A DNA stretch of 64,000 nucleotides from Thermomicrobiales bacterium (GTDB lineage: Bacteria > Chloroflexota > Chloroflexia > Thermomicrobiales > UBA6265): the NCBI GenBank assembly GCA_049840815.1, contig JASGJI010000012.1, positions 168,157-232,156 of the forward strand, given 5' to 3'. The position numbers and the translations under genes are program-made. Of this stretch, positions 61,187 through 64,000 are shown in pieces. The notes beneath the pieces are model-generated. The model searched no databases. It was not told the origin of the DNA and saw only the letters and a program-made list of their open reading frames with translations. The stretch's first letter is position 1. Every line of letters begins with the position of its first letter.

Positions 61187-62409
61187 TTGCTACGTCGTCA
61201 CTTCTTCCTTGCCGGCGCGCTTCTGGTGCTGGTCCTGATTTTCGTCGCCGGGCGGTCTGAAGCTCGTCCTGCCGAAGTCGGGCGGGGAGGCCGGTCAGGC
61301 CCAGGCGGCGCAGCAGGGCGGTGGCCGCGGTGGGCCGGGCGGCCCCGGTGGCGGTGGTGGCGGACGTGGCGGCCCGACGCCGGTCAGCGGTGGCGCAGGT
61401 CGCGCCGCGCCTGTTCACCGACACAATCGATGTGCTGGGCGTGGCCAAGGGGCGCCAGTCGGTGACCCTACCGGCGGCGACCACCCGAACTGGTCGACCA
61501 GCGTGCTGTTCTCGGCCGGCCAACGGTGGCCAAGGGGCAGGTCCTGGTGGTGCTGAAGGCCAGCGAGCAGGACGCCGGCGTGGTGCAGAGCCAGCGCCAA
61601 GCTGGTTCAGGCGCAACGTGAATATGACCGCTGGAAGAGCTCTGAACGAAAAGGGTTTCGCCTCGAAGTCGGCCCTCGACGCAGTACGAGGCGGCCTACC
61701 AGTCCGCCAAGGCCGACCTGACCGCCGCCGAGGCGCGCCAGGCCGACCGCGTGATCCGCGCGCCGTTCTCCGGTGTCGTCGGCCTGACCGACATCGCGCC
61801 GGGCGCGGTGATCAATCCCGGCGCCGCCATCGTCACCCTCGACGATCTCTCGGTGGTGCGTGTCGACTTCCAGGTGCCGGACCGCTTCCTGAGCGCCGTG
61901 CGCGAAGGGCAGGACATCGCCGCCACCGCCGATTCCTTTCCGGGCCAGACCTTCCGGGGCCGGGTCGCCAAGCTCGACACCCGCATCGATGAGCGCACCC
62001 GTGCGCTCACCGCCCGCGCCGAGATTCCCGAACCGGCGACCATCGCCTGAAGCCCGGCATGATGCTGCGCGTGGCGATCGCCCAAGGGTCGCGCCAGTCG
62101 CTCGCCGCTGCCCGAGATCGGCGGTGCAGGTGCAGGGCGACAGCGCTTTCGTCTTCGTGGTTGGCCAGCAGGGCCCGAAGACTGCGGCCCAGAAGCGGCC
62201 GGTGGTCATCGGCGCGCGCCAGGACGGCTTCGTGGAGCTGAAGGACGGCGTTCAGGCCGGCGACACAGATCGTCGGTGACGGGCTCAACAAGATCCAGAA
62301 CGGTCAGCCGGTGCGTGTCGCCGGTCCTGGCGGCGGGCACGGCGGCCATCCGGGCGCGGCGCCCGGCGCGGGCGCTCGGGGAGCGGGCGAGGCCCGGCCC
62401 GGAGCATGA
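61187..62409 (+). pseudogene. RND efflux periplasmic adaptor (HlyD/MFP family), multiple frame breaks
   Basis: TM anchor RRHFFLAGALLVLVLIFVAG, then RVIRAPFSGVVGLTDIAPGAVINPG...LSVVRVDFQVPDRFL...FRGRVAKLDTRIDERTRAL, with other pieces out of frame. The TTG start is uncertain. Confidence 0.65.
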
Positions 62410-64000
62410 TGCTCTCGGACCTTTCCGTCCGCCGGCCGGTCTTCGCCGCGGTCGCGGCCATCATCCTCTGCGTGATGGGCATCGCCTGCTTCGCGTCGCT
62501 TGTCGGTGCGCGAACTGCCGAGCGTCGACCCGCCCGTGGTCAGCATCCAGACCACCTATCGCGGCGCTTCGGCCGAGGTTGTCGAGGAGCGGATCACCCA
62601 GGTGATCGAGCGCCAGGTCGCCGGGTATCCAGGGCATCGACCGGGTGAATCTCCTCGTCGCGCGACGGGATCAGCCGGGTGAACATCTCCTTCACCCTGG
62701 ATCGTAATCTCGACGCCGCGGCCAACGACGTGCGCGACGCTGTCATCCGGGTGGTAGCCAGCTGCCCGACCAGGCCGACCCGCCGCAGATCGACAAGGCC
62801 AACGCCGACTCTGCGCCCATGCTGTCCTCAACTTCTCGTCGACGACGCTGAATCAGCCTGCAGCTTCGGACTATGCCGACCGATACCTGGTGGAGCGGCT
62901 CTCCACCGTGCCCGGCGTGGCCCAGGTCAATCGTCGGCGGCAGCCAGCTCTACTCCATGCGCATCTGGCTCGACCCCAGGCGATGGCCGCCCGCGGCCTG
63001 ACGGTGGACGATGTCGAGAACGCGCTCAACGCCCAGAATGTCGAACTGCCGGCCGGCGCCTGGAAGGACCGGACCAGGACTTCACGATCCGGGTCGCCCG
63101 CGGCTATCCCACGCCCAGAACTTCCGCCAGCTTCCCGTCGTGCCGGCGTCCAGCCAGACGCGCGCGGCGGCGAGCGTGGCCGGCGGCGTCATCGCAGGGG
63201 GCCACCTCGGCCTCCGGTGGGGCGGCGACGCCCGTCCAGTCGGCGGCTCCGCCGCTCGATGCCTATGTCACCCGCCTCGGCGACATCGCGCGTGTGGAGG
63301 AGGGGCCCGACGAGCGCCGGCGGATGTTCCGCTCGAATGGCTCCGAGCAGATCGGCCTGGCCATGGCCCGCCAGTCCCAGGCCAATGATCTGGAGATTTC
63401 CAAGGGTGTCCGCGCCCAGATCGAGGAGATAAACACGACCTTGCCGCCGGGCACCAAGCTGGAGGTCGCGGTCTGGACTATTCGGTGTTCACCGAGCACG
63501 CGATCCAGGAAGTCTGGATCACCATGGCGATTTCGCTGGCCCTGGTGGCGCTGGTGAACTTCCTGTTCCTGGGCACCTGGCGCGCGGCGCTGATCCCCTC
63601 GATCGTGGCGCCGATCTGCATCCTGTCGACCTTCATCGTCCTGGCCCCGCTGGGCTTCTCGATCAACCTGCTGACCCTGCTGGCCCTGGTGCTGGCGATC
63701 GGGCTGGTCGTCGACGACGCCATCGTGGTGGTCGAGAACATCCAGCGCCGGATCGACGAGGGCGAGCCGCCGATCGTCGCGGCCCAGCGCGGCGCGCGCC
63801 AGGTGTTCTTCGCCGTGGTGGCCACCACCATCGTGCTGATCTCGGTCTTCGCGCCGCTGATGTTCATGCCGGGCTATATCGGCCGGCTGTTCGTGGAGCT
63901 GGCGGCCGCCATCTCGGCGGCGGTCGCCTTCTCGGCGCTGCTGGCGCTCAGCCTGTCGCCGATGCTGGCCTCAAAGCTGCTGCGCCCGGCCACGGGCGAG
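62406..64000 (+). pseudogene. RND (AcrB-type) efflux permease, 5' 1.1 kb with many frame breaks, continues off the right edge
   Basis: MMLSDLSVRRPVFAAVAAIILCVMGIACFASL..., RELPSVDPPVVSIQTTYRGASAEVVEERITQVIERQVAG... in shifting frames. From about 63500 one frame is clean (WITMAISLALVALVNFLFLG...GLVVDDAIVVVENIQRRI...). Confidence 0.75.

Overview
This 64-kb high-GC window is two different genome types joined head-on at about 48148-48154. LEFT (1-48.1 kb) is a tightly packed housekeeping locus with Firmicutes/Actinobacteria/Chloroflexi-type gene order. It carries tRNA-Glu, comEA-comEC, a Tat-signal peptide/nickel-type ABC binding protein with two permeases, rpsO-pnp, MTA phosphorylase, rodA-mrdA, gyrB, plsX and a large 4xSH3b wall protein. 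It also carries hup, infC-rpmI-rplT-trmH, nusA-ylxR-infB-rbfA-nrnA-truB-ribF, nhaA, tyrA, uvrB, aroQ-pepP-efp-accB and xseA-xseB. I found only five single-nt frame breaks here: one in MTA phosphorylase and four in the SH3b gene. RIGHT (48.15-64 kb) has visibly higher GC (spot counts of 60-nt lines give about 75% versus 62-70% on the left). Its genes look alphaproteobacterial by gene content only: GFA, hybrid histidine kinase plus Hpt, two DUF2336 paralogs, NUDIX, nadK, glpK, SDR, selD-selU, class II aldolase and an RND efflux pair. From 54.3 to 63.5 kb nearly every gene is shredded by single-nt frame changes, while neighbouring genes are intact. I found no rRNA, CRISPR array, transposase, integrase or recognisable defence system, and I could not identify a convincing new multi-gene system. 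The notable items are the chimeric-looking junction, the indel-riddled block (including a broken selenouridine gene pair), the modular SH3b protein with frame excursions, several structured leaders (nusA, infC, rpsO, pnp, nhaA), unusually long perfect hairpins, and a tandem palindromic operator. All homology calls come from reading motifs by eye; no database search was possible.
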